From assembly GCA_009691715.1 (NCBI GenBank), contig SIAN01000024.1:27-64026 (forward strand): 64,000 bases of DNA, in the 5' to 3' direction. How positions within the stretch are numbered: the stretch's first letter is position 1; each line of letters begins with the position of its first letter. Positions 8,563 to 17,518 of the stretch are shown here, piece after piece. Source of the stretch: Planctomycetota bacterium. Its GTDB lineage: Bacteria > Planctomycetota > B15-G4 > SIAN01. The notes beneath the pieces are model-generated. The model worked only from the letters and a program-made list of their open reading frames with translations. It ran no database searches and had not been told where the DNA came from. A program made the position numbers and the translations under genes.

Positions 8563-10056
8563 TCACAAGAGCGGCGACAGCAGTCGCGCGATGGTGCAGC
8601 GTGTGCGGCGCCAGCGACCCTGGCGCGCCAGCATCTCGAGCGTGACCTCGACGGCGCGCGCGACGTCGCCGACGAACCGCCGCTCCAGCACCGACGCAAA
8701 CTTCGCGTCGTTCACCAGCGCCCCGACCTCGAAGTTGAGCCGGTAGCTGCGCAGGTCGACGTTGGCCGAGCCGACCACCGCGATCTGCCCATCGGCGACC
8801 AGCGTCTTGCCGTGCAGCATCGACGGCTCGTACTCGAAGATGCGAACGCCGCCGCGCAGCAGCTTGCCGTAGTACCAGCGCGCGGCGAGGGCGGCGAGCT
8901 TGACGTCGGAGTTCGACAGCGCCGGCAGCAGCACTCGCACGTCGACGCGCCGCAACGCCGCACTCACCAGCGCGCTCATCGTCGACTCGTCGGGGATGAA
9001 GTAGCCGCTCGACAGCCAGACGCGCTTGCGCGCCGAGGCGATGGCCGCAAAGTGGACGAAGGCGCTGGCGTTGTGCTCCTGATCGGGACCGCTCGGGACG
9101 ATCGCGACCAGCGAGCCGGGGCTCGCCGCAGCCACTGGCGTGTGCAGCCGCGGCAGCGCGCCGCCGCCGGAGAAGGCCCAATCCTCGCGAAACACCTGCG
9201 CCATCGAGCCGACCGAGGGGCCGCGCAGTTCGAGATGGGAATCGCGGAAGCTGCGCACGCCACTGCGGCGGCGCCGTCCCGAATACTCGTCGCCGACGTT
9301 CATCCCGCCGGTGAAGCCGACCTCGCCGTCGACGACGATCAGCTTGCGGTGGTTGCGCAGATGGACCGCGAACCGGCGCTTGAGCGGATTCATCGGCTGG
9401 AACGCGCGCGCCTTGCCGCCGGCCGCCACGATTCCTTCGAGGAGATGCGCGTCGATCCCGATCGAGCCGAGCGCGTCGTAGAGCAGGCGCACCTCGACGC
9501 CGGCGCGCGCTCGCTCCGCCAGCAGTTCGAGGAACCGCCGTCCGGTCTCGTCATTCCGGATGATGTAGTACTCGGCCCAGATCACCTTCTGCGCCGAACG
9601 CAGCGCGGCCTCGATCCGCTCGAAAGTCAACTCGTTGTCGGTCAGCAGCTCGGCCACGTTGCCGGCGGTCGGCTGGAGTTCGGTCAGGCTCGCCGCCAGA
9701 TCGAGCAGCGAGTCGCCGTCATGCGCTGCCGCCGATGGCCTTGCTCCCGCGGCACCGGCTTCGTCAGCGATCCCGCGGCGCAATTGCGCGGTCGCGCGCC
9801 GCCGCTTCAGCGTGATGCGGCGCACACTCGGGCTCGCCAGCGCGAAGAAGGCGAGCGCCCCGATCATCGGGAAAGCGAGGATGGAGAAGAGCCACGCCAG
9901 AGTGCCCTGCACGCCATGGCCACGGGTGACCGCGCGCACGATCGCCCAGACTTCGAGCACCAGCACCGCCAGCGAAACGAACGTGACGCCGGCGACCTGC
10001 GCGCGGGAGAGCGATTCGAGCGCGGACGTCGCCGCCGACCACCATTGGAGGAGCAC
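8563..10056 (-). CDS. cls: Cardiolipin synthase (phospholipase D family)
   Basis: N-terminal TM pair; two HKD motifs (RNHRKLIVVDG, LHGKTLVADG); GGMNVGDEY, SGPD and GSANVDLRSYRLNFE. Confidence 0.92.
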   Translation of the reverse strand: MLLQWWSAATSALESLSRAQVAGVTFVSLAVLVLEVWAIVRAVTRGHGVQGTLAWLFSILAFPMIGALAFFALASPSVRRITLKRRRATAQLRRGIADEAGAAGARPSAAAHDGDSLLDLAASLTELQPTAGNVAELLTDNELTFERIEAALRSAQKVIWAEYYIIRNDETGRRFLELLAERARAGVEVRLLYDALGSIGIDAHLLEGIVAAGGKARAFQPMNPLKRRFAVHLRNHRKLIVVDGEVGFTGGMNVGDEYSGRRRRSGVRSFRDSHLELRGPSVGSMAQVFREDWAFSGGGALPRLHTPVAAASPGSLVAIVPSGPDQEHNASAFVHFAAIASARKRVWLSSGYFIPDESTMSALVSAALRRVDVRVLLPALSNSDVKLAALAARWYYGKLLRGGVRIFEYEPSMLHGKTLVADGQIAVVGSANVDLRSYRLNFEVGALVNDAKFASVLERRFVGDVARAVEVTLEMLARQGRWRRTRCTIARLLSPLL

Positions 10057-10077
10057 TACAGCGTGCCTGAATCCCGC

Positions 10078-10629
10078 TCAGCGCGCGTAGAGGCCGGCGG
10101 GCGACCAGACCGCCGCCACGCCGCCGCTGATCCCGACCGGCGGCACCACCAGCGCCACCTTCTTGCCATCGACTTCGAACTCGACCTGCCCGGCCACCGC
10201 CTCGATCCCCTGCTTCCAGAACGGCGTCATCGGACTCGGCGCGCGTTCGATCTTCTCGATCGGCTTCAACCCCCACAGTCGCGACACGAAGGTGTGAGCG
10301 CCGACGGCGACGCGCGCGGTGGCGAGATCGGGATGGATCTGCACGTCGATCGACGCCTTCAGCGCCGGCGCCTGCTCGAACGGCGTCCCGGCGAAGATGT
10401 TCGGCCCGAACCAGCGCGCGATCTTCTCATCAGTCGACACGAAGCCGAGAACGACCGGTGGCGCCGCCGGATCGGGTTGCCACAGAACCATCCCGCTCGG
10501 CGCCGAACCGATCGGCGTGTGGACCATGCGCGCGAGGTGCAGCATCACGTTCGGCTGCGCGAGGCCCGCCTTGGTCGCGGCGGCCAAGTCGACGCCGCCC
10601 TCCCAGCTCATCCACTTGGTGATCGCCAT
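10078..10629 (-). CDS. Hypothetical protein (183 aa)
   Basis: AGGAG RBS before ATG; natural composition (MAITKWMSWEGGVDL...SPAGLYAR); no family recognised. Confidence 0.75.
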   Translation of the reverse strand: MAITKWMSWEGGVDLAAATKAGLAQPNVMLHLARMVHTPIGSAPSGMVLWQPDPAAPPVVLGFVSTDEKIARWFGPNIFAGTPFEQAPALKASIDVQIHPDLATARVAVGAHTFVSRLWGLKPIEKIERAPSPMTPFWKQGIEAVAGQVEFEVDGKKVALVVPPVGISGGVAAVWSPAGLYAR

Positions 10630-10819
10630 GACCGGCTCCTCGGCTCGGGTGGTCTCGGGTCGCTCAGCTGAAGAGCCGCGAGCATAGGCGCGGCCTCGCC
10701 TCAGGCAGTGATAGTCTCGCGGACCGTCCACGACGTCGGCCGCAGCGAATGAACGCAGGCAGCCCGCGGACCGTTGTCGCGCCCGGCTCGCGCCGCGGTG
10801 CCGCACTTGGAGCATTCCC

Positions 10820-11254
10820 GTGATGAAGTTCCTCGGTTTCCTCTTCCTGATCGCGCTCGCGGTTGGCGCGTGGCTCTACATGACCGACGTCGTCGACGTG
10901 TCCAAGAGCGAGGAGAACGGCAAGACCAAGTTCGGCCTGACCATCGACAACAAGGGGGCCGCGCACGCGCTCGATGATTTCATGAAAAAGGCGCACGAGA
11001 CGATCGACTATCTCGACCGCAAACTCGACGCGCTGCGCAACAAGGCGTCGAAGGCGAGCGCCGAGGGCAAGGCCAAGATCGAGCTCGAGATCGAGCAACT
11101 CGAGGCGCAGAAGGGCGCAGCGGCGCAGCAGTTGGACGCGCTCAAGAACACCAAGGGCGACGACGCCCGCGCGCTGCAGCAGCGGCTCGAGGAGACGCTG
11201 AAGCGGGCCAACGAGCCGCGAACCGGCGAGGCCGTCGAGAAGGACGGTCAGTGA
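10820..11254 (+). CDS. Membrane-anchored coiled-coil hypothetical protein
   Basis: GGAG RBS; N-terminal TM (KFLGFLFLIALAVGAWLY) followed by a charged helical domain. Confidence 0.75.
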   Translation: MMKFLGFLFLIALAVGAWLYMTDVVDVSKSEENGKTKFGLTIDNKGAAHALDDFMKKAHETIDYLDRKLDALRNKASKASAEGKAKIELEIEQLEAQKGAAAQQLDALKNTKGDDARALQQRLEETLKRANEPRTGEAVEKDGQ

Positions 11255-13320
11255 TTCGAGGTTGCGGCGGAGCCTTGGCCAGCCGCTGAACTCGTGCCCG
11301 CAGCCTCGCTTGGTGGGTGCGGCACGGTCTCGTCGAAGCGCAGCAGGCGCCCCGCGTTCGCCAGCACCGCGAGCGTGCCCGCGTTGTGCAGGAATGCCGC
11401 CATCAGCGCGCCGACCTGACCGACCGCGGCCAGCGCCAGCACCAGCACCGTCCAGCCCAATCCGATCGCCACGTTGGTCGCGATCGCGCGGCGCGCCTTC
11501 CGTGACAGCCGCACGCAGGTGCCGAGACGCCGCAAATCGCTGCTCATCAGCACCAGGTCGCTCGACGCCAACGCGACATCGGTCCCGCGCGCGCCCATCG
11601 CGACGCCGACCGCGCCGGCCTTCAACGCCAGCGCATCGTTCACGCCGTCGCCCACCACCAGCGGCCTGCGCCCCGCCGCGATCTCCTGCAGCACCTTCTC
11701 GAGCTTCTGCTCTGGCAGCACCTCGGCAACGACCTCGTCGATGCCAAGCTGCGCCGCGATCTTGGCCGCGACGCTCGCGCGATCGCCCGTGACCAGCAGT
11801 TGCCGTGTCAATCCCAGCGCGCGCAGCTCGTCGAGCGCCTGCCTCGCTTCGGCACGCGGCTCATCGGCGAGCAGCAGCCAGCCGAGGAACTTCCCGCCGC
11901 GCGCGATCCCGACCACCGGCCCATCGTGCGCCGGCACCTCCGCCACCACGACACCGCGTTCCGCCAGCAGCTCGCGCCGACCGAGCACAACCTCGCCCCC
12001 GCCATCGGCGAGCTGCCCCCAGACTCCCTTGCCGCCCGACTCCTGCACATCGTCGAGCCGCACGCGCGCCGCGACCGCGACCTCCTTCGCCAACGCGTGA
12101 CTCACCGGATGGCTGCTGGCCGCGCCGATGCTGCCGGCGAGACGGGTGAGCTCTGCCGCAGCGACGCCGTCGACCGGCGCGGCACGCAGCAAGCGCAGCT
12201 CACCGAGCGTCACGGTGCCGGTCTTGTCGAGGATCACCGAGTCGACTTCGGCCAGTTCTTCCAGGAATGCAGTCCCGCGCACCAGCACGCCGTGGCGCGC
12301 CGCCACGGCCAGCGAGGCGATGCTGGTCGCCGGCGCCGCCAGCACCAGGGCGCACGGGCACGACGCCACCAGCACGGCAAGCGCGTAACTGACGTTGCCG
12401 GTCAGCAACCAGGTCGCCGCCGCGGTCAGCAGCACCAGCACCAGGTAGCTCTGCGCGTGCTTCTCCAGCAGGCGGGTGATCGGCGGCTTCGCCTTCTCCG
12501 CGTCGCGCATCAGCTCGACGACCCGGCCGAGCGTCGTCTCGCGGCCGAGGCGGGTGATCTCGACCAGCAGGCGCCCCGACAGGTTCATCGTGCCGGCGTC
12601 GACCGCATCGCCAGCGGCGACCTCCTGCGGCACCGACTCGCCGGTGATCGACGACGTGTCGAGGCTCGAGCTGCCTTCGCGCACCAGGCCATCGGCCGGG
12701 ACGCGATCGCCCACGCGCAGTTCGAGCAGGTCGCCACGTCGCAGCGCGCCGCTCTCGACCTCCTCGATCGCACCGCCGGCACCGTCCGCACCCCCACGAA
12801 GCCGGCGCACCCGCCCCGTCGTCAACTTGCCGAGCGCCGCGATCGCCTCGCGACTGCCGAGCAGGCTGCGGTCCTCGAGCACGTGGCCGATCACCATCAC
12901 CAGCGGCACCAGTGCGGCGCTCGCCAGATCGCCGGACGCCCACGCTGCCAGCAGCGCGGCCGCGACCAGTTGGTCAGTCACGCCATGCAGGCTCGGCTGC
13001 TTCAGGCTCTTCCAGGCGTCGACGAAAGTCGGGATGCCGACCAGCGCAGCCGCACCTGCCGACAGCAGATCGGCCACGTCCGCCGCGTTCGCAACCCAGG
13101 TCCGCAGCCCGAGCGACAGCAGCAAGAGCCCCGCCGCCACCACCGCCAGCGTGAGCCGCAACGCCAGGATCCGGCGCGCGCCGACGTCGAGCAGCTCCGC
13201 CGCGCCGAGCCCGTGCCCATGGCCGTGGCCGCAATCGTCGCCGCCGTCGTGATCATGCGCGCGGTCGTGATCATGCGCGCGGTCGTGATCGTGGTCGTGC
13301 CCGTGATCGGCGCCCATCAT
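11248..13320 (-). CDS. Heavy-metal-translocating P1B-type ATPase with His-rich N-terminus
   Basis: TGES, SCPC, DKTGT, SSHP and GDGVND motifs; last TM HNAGT; N-terminal HGHDHDHDRAHDHDRAHDH. Confidence 0.93.
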   Translation of the reverse strand: MMGADHGHDHDHDRAHDHDRAHDHDGGDDCGHGHGHGLGAAELLDVGARRILALRLTLAVVAAGLLLLSLGLRTWVANAADVADLLSAGAAALVGIPTFVDAWKSLKQPSLHGVTDQLVAAALLAAWASGDLASAALVPLVMVIGHVLEDRSLLGSREAIAALGKLTTGRVRRLRGGADGAGGAIEEVESGALRRGDLLELRVGDRVPADGLVREGSSSLDTSSITGESVPQEVAAGDAVDAGTMNLSGRLLVEITRLGRETTLGRVVELMRDAEKAKPPITRLLEKHAQSYLVLVLLTAAATWLLTGNVSYALAVLVASCPCALVLAAPATSIASLAVAARHGVLVRGTAFLEELAEVDSVILDKTGTVTLGELRLLRAAPVDGVAAAELTRLAGSIGAASSHPVSHALAKEVAVAARVRLDDVQESGGKGVWGQLADGGGEVVLGRRELLAERGVVVAEVPAHDGPVVGIARGGKFLGWLLLADEPRAEARQALDELRALGLTRQLLVTGDRASVAAKIAAQLGIDEVVAEVLPEQKLEKVLQEIAAGRRPLVVGDGVNDALALKAGAVGVAMGARGTDVALASSDLVLMSSDLRRLGTCVRLSRKARRAIATNVAIGLGWTVLVLALAAVGQVGALMAAFLHNAGTLAVLANAGRLLRFDETVPHPPSEAAGTSSAAGQGSAATSNH

Positions 13321-14369
13321 TTGATTCCGGGCAGGATGACGCGCGCGCCATCGCTCGAGACCGTCGTGACATCCTGCGCGTCCTTCAGGATCGCCTCAAT
13401 CCGCTCGTGCCACATCCGGCCGAGCAGCAAGCGTCGCTGCTGCGGATCGTCGATCGCGGCGAGCGCTGCGAGACCGCTGGTCTTCGCCTTCGCTTCGCTC
13501 ACCATCTCGCCCGCCTTCGCTCCCGCTTCGTCGACCAGTTGGACGGCGTCGCCGTTCGCGCGCTGGCGCGTGCGCTCCGCCTCCGACTTGGCCTCGGCGA
13601 TGTCGCGCTCCGCCGTCTGACGCGCGGTGAGGACCTGCTGGAAGCTCGCTGCTGCGGCCGGTGGCAGCTGCACGGTCACATCGACTCGTTCGACCCGCAC
13701 GCCGAGCGAACCGCCGCCGGCGACGAGCTGCTCGAGCCGGCCGTTCATCTCCGTCAGCAGGTCGCCGCGCAGCCGCTCGCGATCGCGCGCGTCGACATCG
13801 CCGCGCCCGGCTTCGACGTCGCCGCGCTCGACCAGATCGGGGCGCGCCACCTGCACGCCATCGAGCGTGCGCGACGAGCACGCGCGGATCGCCGAAGCGC
13901 AGAACAACCGTTCCAGTGCCGGCTCGATCACATCCCGTGCGATCAACCACGCCCGCGCATCGACCACGCGATAGGTCACCTGCGCGTCGAGATGCACGAC
14001 TCCCTCGTCGCCGGTCAGCAGATGGCCGCCATCGCGGCGCAGGTCGAATCCCGGAATCCGGCCGGGGAACAGCGAGTTGCTGGCCGTCTCCTTCAACGCC
14101 AGCGCACGCACGGCCAACGTCAGCAGCCGCTCCGGCGCCGGCACCAGTTCGACCTTCTCGATCGGCTCCGGCCACGCCAGCACGAGCCCGGATCCCTGCT
14201 CGCGCACCACTTGGCCGAAGCGCAGGATCACCGCGCCCTGGTCGGGTTCGACCTGCTTCATGCCCGACGCGAGCCAGACCGCGGCCAGCACGATCACGCC
14301 GAGTTGCATGAAACGAAACGCGATCCCGATCGACTGGGAGAGCGCGCCTTCGCCGGCGGTCCGACTCAT
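13317..14369 (-). CDS. hflK: SPFH-domain protein, HflK-like
   Basis: TM, then VEPDQGAVILRFG, GLVLAWPEPIEKV and LLTGDEGVVHL, then an Ala/Glu coiled coil. A paralog, not necessarily the FtsH-associated HflK. Confidence 0.8.
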   Translation of the reverse strand: MSRTAGEGALSQSIGIAFRFMQLGVIVLAAVWLASGMKQVEPDQGAVILRFGQVVREQGSGLVLAWPEPIEKVELVPAPERLLTLAVRALALKETASNSLFPGRIPGFDLRRDGGHLLTGDEGVVHLDAQVTYRVVDARAWLIARDVIEPALERLFCASAIRACSSRTLDGVQVARPDLVERGDVEAGRGDVDARDRERLRGDLLTEMNGRLEQLVAGGGSLGVRVERVDVTVQLPPAAAASFQQVLTARQTAERDIAEAKSEAERTRQRANGDAVQLVDEAGAKAGEMVSEAKAKTSGLAALAAIDDPQQRRLLLGRMWHERIEAILKDAQDVTTVSSDGARVILPGIK

Positions 14370-15394
14370 GGGCCGCCGTCCTTCGCGCCGGCCTTCGGCG
14401 CACCGTCCTCGGTTGCGCCCTCGGACTGCTTCTTCTGCTCGGCCTTGTCTTGCATCGCCTTCAGGCTTTCCGGCCCCTCGACCAGCACCTTGAACGGCGC
14501 TGCATCGGTCTTGAGGATCAGCCGCACGCCGTCGTGGATGATTTGGTCAAGCACATCGAGCGAGCGCAGGAACTCGTAGAGCTCGGGGTCGGCCTGATAA
14601 GCCGCGCCGTAGATCTTCGCGGCCGCCGTTCGCGCCTCGGCCTCGATCCCGGCCGCCTCCTCGCCCGCCTTCGCGCGCACCAGCCGCGCCTCCTTCTCCG
14701 CCGCCGACCGGATCTCGCCCGACGCGATGCGCCCCTTCGCCGCCACTTCCTCGGCCACCGTGGCGCGTTCGGCTCGCATCCGATCGACCGTCGACGTGAT
14801 CGTGGCCGTCGGCAATGTGAAGCGCTCGACGCCGACTTGATGCACGGTCACGCCATAGATCTTCTGCAGCTGCGCCGCGAGGCGTTCCTTGATGCGCGCT
14901 TCGTAGTCGGCGAGTTTCAGCTTGCTGGGGTCGGTCGTCAGCAGATCCTCGAGCGCGAAGCCGCTCGTTGCGGTTTCGAGCGCCGAGCCGAGCGCGCTCC
15001 GCAGGTGCTTCGCCGCCTCGTTCGGCTCGTTCCGCACCGCGCGCAGGAACAGCAGGATCTTGTCGGGATCGGTCGGCACCTGCCACGCGGCGTACGCCTG
15101 CACCAGGATGCGCAGCCCCTCCTTGGTCCCCACGTCGTGGAGCCCGCTCGAGGTCGTGCGCAGGCGCAGGTCGACCTCGACGGCGCGCTCGAACGGCGCC
15201 GGCAACTTGAACGCCAGGCCAGGTTCGACCAGCACGCGGCGCGGATCGCCGAAGCGCGTGACGACCGTCGCGCTACCTTGCCGCACCGGCACGGACGTCG
15301 CGCCCAGGACGGCGAACAGCACCAGCAGGAGCGCGACGACGAAACGGCCGCGACCGCGCCGCACGGTTGGATCGGACGGAGTCGTGGTGCTCAT
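14366..15394 (-). CDS. hflC: SPFH-domain protein, HflC-like
   Basis: VVTRFGDP..VLVEPGLAFKLP, RMRAER and AAKIYGAAYQADPELYEFLRSL (HflC-type C-terminus). Confidence 0.85.
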   Translation of the reverse strand: MSTTTPSDPTVRRGRGRFVVALLLVLFAVLGATSVPVRQGSATVVTRFGDPRRVLVEPGLAFKLPAPFERAVEVDLRLRTTSSGLHDVGTKEGLRILVQAYAAWQVPTDPDKILLFLRAVRNEPNEAAKHLRSALGSALETATSGFALEDLLTTDPSKLKLADYEARIKERLAAQLQKIYGVTVHQVGVERFTLPTATITSTVDRMRAERATVAEEVAAKGRIASGEIRSAAEKEARLVRAKAGEEAAGIEAEARTAAAKIYGAAYQADPELYEFLRSLDVLDQIIHDGVRLILKTDAAPFKVLVEGPESLKAMQDKAEQKKQSEGATEDGAPKAGAKDGGP

Positions 15395-17313
15395 TCGTAC
15401 CCCGCGGGCGGAGTGGGCGGAGCGGCCGAACGCAGATCAAGCGTCGGACCCGGTTCAAGCTCCAGCCGGTGATCGATCAGATCGAACCTGCAGCGGACCA
15501 GCGTTTTCTCGAGCATCTGCAGCCAGCGCTCGAGCGCGAGCGCGGGCCCCGCGGTGTCGAAGCTCGCTTGGTCGGCGTCGAAGCGCGCCCGACCCATGCG
15601 TGCGGTGGCCATCATTTCGCCGGCCTGCGCTTGCGCGGAGTAGCGGCGATCGGTTGCCTCGGCGGCCGCCTCGGCTTCGAGGCGCGCTCTCCGCGTGCGC
15701 TCGACGCTGATCATGCGCATCGAGTCGATCTCGGCCGCCTGCACGCGGTGGTAGGCGCCGGCGACGCCGACCGGCGGATGGATCGCGTCGACCAGCACCA
15801 CCGTGACTTCGAGCCCGCTCTTCACCAAGTCGAGCTCGCGTTGCAGCCCCTGATGGAGCGCCGCGGCCAACCGGTCGCGATCGTCGCCGATCACGCGATC
15901 GAGCGTGCGTGTCGCGAAGTCGTGCACCAGCAGGCGACCGGTGAGCGCGCGCACCAGCGCATCGCCGTCCGCCACTTGGAACAGCGCGCGACGCGCCGAA
16001 TCGTCATCGAGGCCGATCCGCCAGCCGACCCGCAGATCGACGGTCACCAAGTCGACCACCACCTGCGGCGTCTCACCGGCGCGCGTCGCAACCTTAGCCA
16101 CGCTCGGGATCAGATAGGTCCCTTCGGTGGGATGGGGCTGGCCCCAGAGGCGATCGGCGCTCGGCGGGGCCGGCGCTTCGACGTCGATCGGCGCTTCGGT
16201 CGGCGCGTCGACTTCGACCGCCACCGGCGTCTCATGCACGACGCCGAACTCGACGCGCCGCACCGCTCCGAGCGGCCACGGCAGATGCAGATGCAGCCCC
16301 GGAGCGAACACCGTGACCGGCTTGCCGAGCCGTTCGTAGACGCCGCGCTCGGCCGGCGCCAGCGCGGTCATCCCGGTCGTGAACCAGGCAATGAAAAGCA
16401 GTCCGATCAACAGCGGCGCCGCAGCGGTGCGCAGGAAGCGGAACGCCCAGAGCCGCCCGAGATCAACGCCGAAGTTCTCACGCAGCGCGTCGGCAAGTCC
16501 GCGCGCAGGGCCGAACTTCGCCAGCAGCACGCTGGCGGTGAAACTGTCGACCAAGCTGCGCGCCTTCTCGATCGGACCGAGCGGGAAGAACGGCCGCAGC
16601 AGAGCGCGCAGCACCAGCTCGCCGCCGACCAGCACACCGAGACCGGCACCCACGCGGGCGATCCAATAGGCCGACTCGAAGCCGACCCGGCGCGCGAGCG
16701 CGTAGATGCCGGCGCACGCCAGCTCCAGCAGCACCGCTCGCAGCACGCGCGCCAGCCCGGCCGCCTCGGTCGATTGCGCGGGCTGCGCCAACCGCCGTTC
16801 CAGCACCAGCAACGGGAAGCAGGCGACGATCGCCGCAACGCCGAGACCGAGGTCGTTCACCACCGGCCCGGCCGTTGGCCAGTGGCGCCAGCGCAGCGCG
16901 ACGCCGACTCCCGCAAGCAGCGCCACCAACCCCGCCTCGCTCCACGCGGCGTGGCGCAGTCTCGCGGCGCGCGCCTTGGCGATTTCGAGCGCCGTCGGCG
17001 GGACCGCCGGCGCGACCGGTGTGTCGCTCGCAGTCTCGGCGTCAGGTTTCTTCGCGTCGGGCTTCTTCGTCTCGGGGACGAAAGTCGCGGCCTTCTGCCG
17101 GCCGCGTACGAACAGCGCCGCGCCGAGCAGCGCTGCCGCCGCCGTGTGCAGCGCACCGCCCGCGGCCGAATACCAGCCGAGCGCACTCGGGGCGTCCGGC
17201 GTTCCGGCCACCACGAACAGCACCGGCCCAAGCGCGACCGCGAGCCCGCCGAGCAGGCAGAGCCCGCCTGCGGTCATCCAGAACGGCGCGCGCCGCGCGC
17301 TGCCCTCTTCCAT
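15391..17313 (-). CDS. SPFH (HflK-like) protein fused to an N-terminal multi-pass membrane domain
   Basis: About 7 TM segments, then ERGVYERLGKP..PGLHLHLPWP and IHPPVGVAGAYHRVQAAE; ATG at 17313. Confidence 0.82.
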   Translation of the reverse strand: MEEGSARRAPFWMTAGGLCLLGGLAVALGPVLFVVAGTPDAPSALGWYSAAGGALHTAAAALLGAALFVRGRQKAATFVPETKKPDAKKPDAETASDTPVAPAVPPTALEIAKARAARLRHAAWSEAGLVALLAGVGVALRWRHWPTAGPVVNDLGLGVAAIVACFPLLVLERRLAQPAQSTEAAGLARVLRAVLLELACAGIYALARRVGFESAYWIARVGAGLGVLVGGELVLRALLRPFFPLGPIEKARSLVDSFTASVLLAKFGPARGLADALRENFGVDLGRLWAFRFLRTAAAPLLIGLLFIAWFTTGMTALAPAERGVYERLGKPVTVFAPGLHLHLPWPLGAVRRVEFGVVHETPVAVEVDAPTEAPIDVEAPAPPSADRLWGQPHPTEGTYLIPSVAKVATRAGETPQVVVDLVTVDLRVGWRIGLDDDSARRALFQVADGDALVRALTGRLLVHDFATRTLDRVIGDDRDRLAAALHQGLQRELDLVKSGLEVTVVLVDAIHPPVGVAGAYHRVQAAEIDSMRMISVERTRRARLEAEAAAEATDRRYSAQAQAGEMMATARMGRARFDADQASFDTAGPALALERWLQMLEKTLVRCRFDLIDHRLELEPGPTLDLRSAAPPTPPAGYE

Positions 17314-17518
17314 CGGGTCGCTCTCCGGTCCCCACGGGTTCGACGCTGCACTCCGCCCGGCGTCGATGGCGGAAGTCGGAATGATGCCGCAGCGGCGGCG
17401 GAACTGAAGCGCTGCAACACCAGAGGACCGAGTCGGACCGTCCCGGCGACGCTCGCGCGGTTCCTCGGGCCTGCGGGCGAAGTAGAGTCGCCGCCGCCCA
17501 CTCGCCGGAGGAGCGTCC

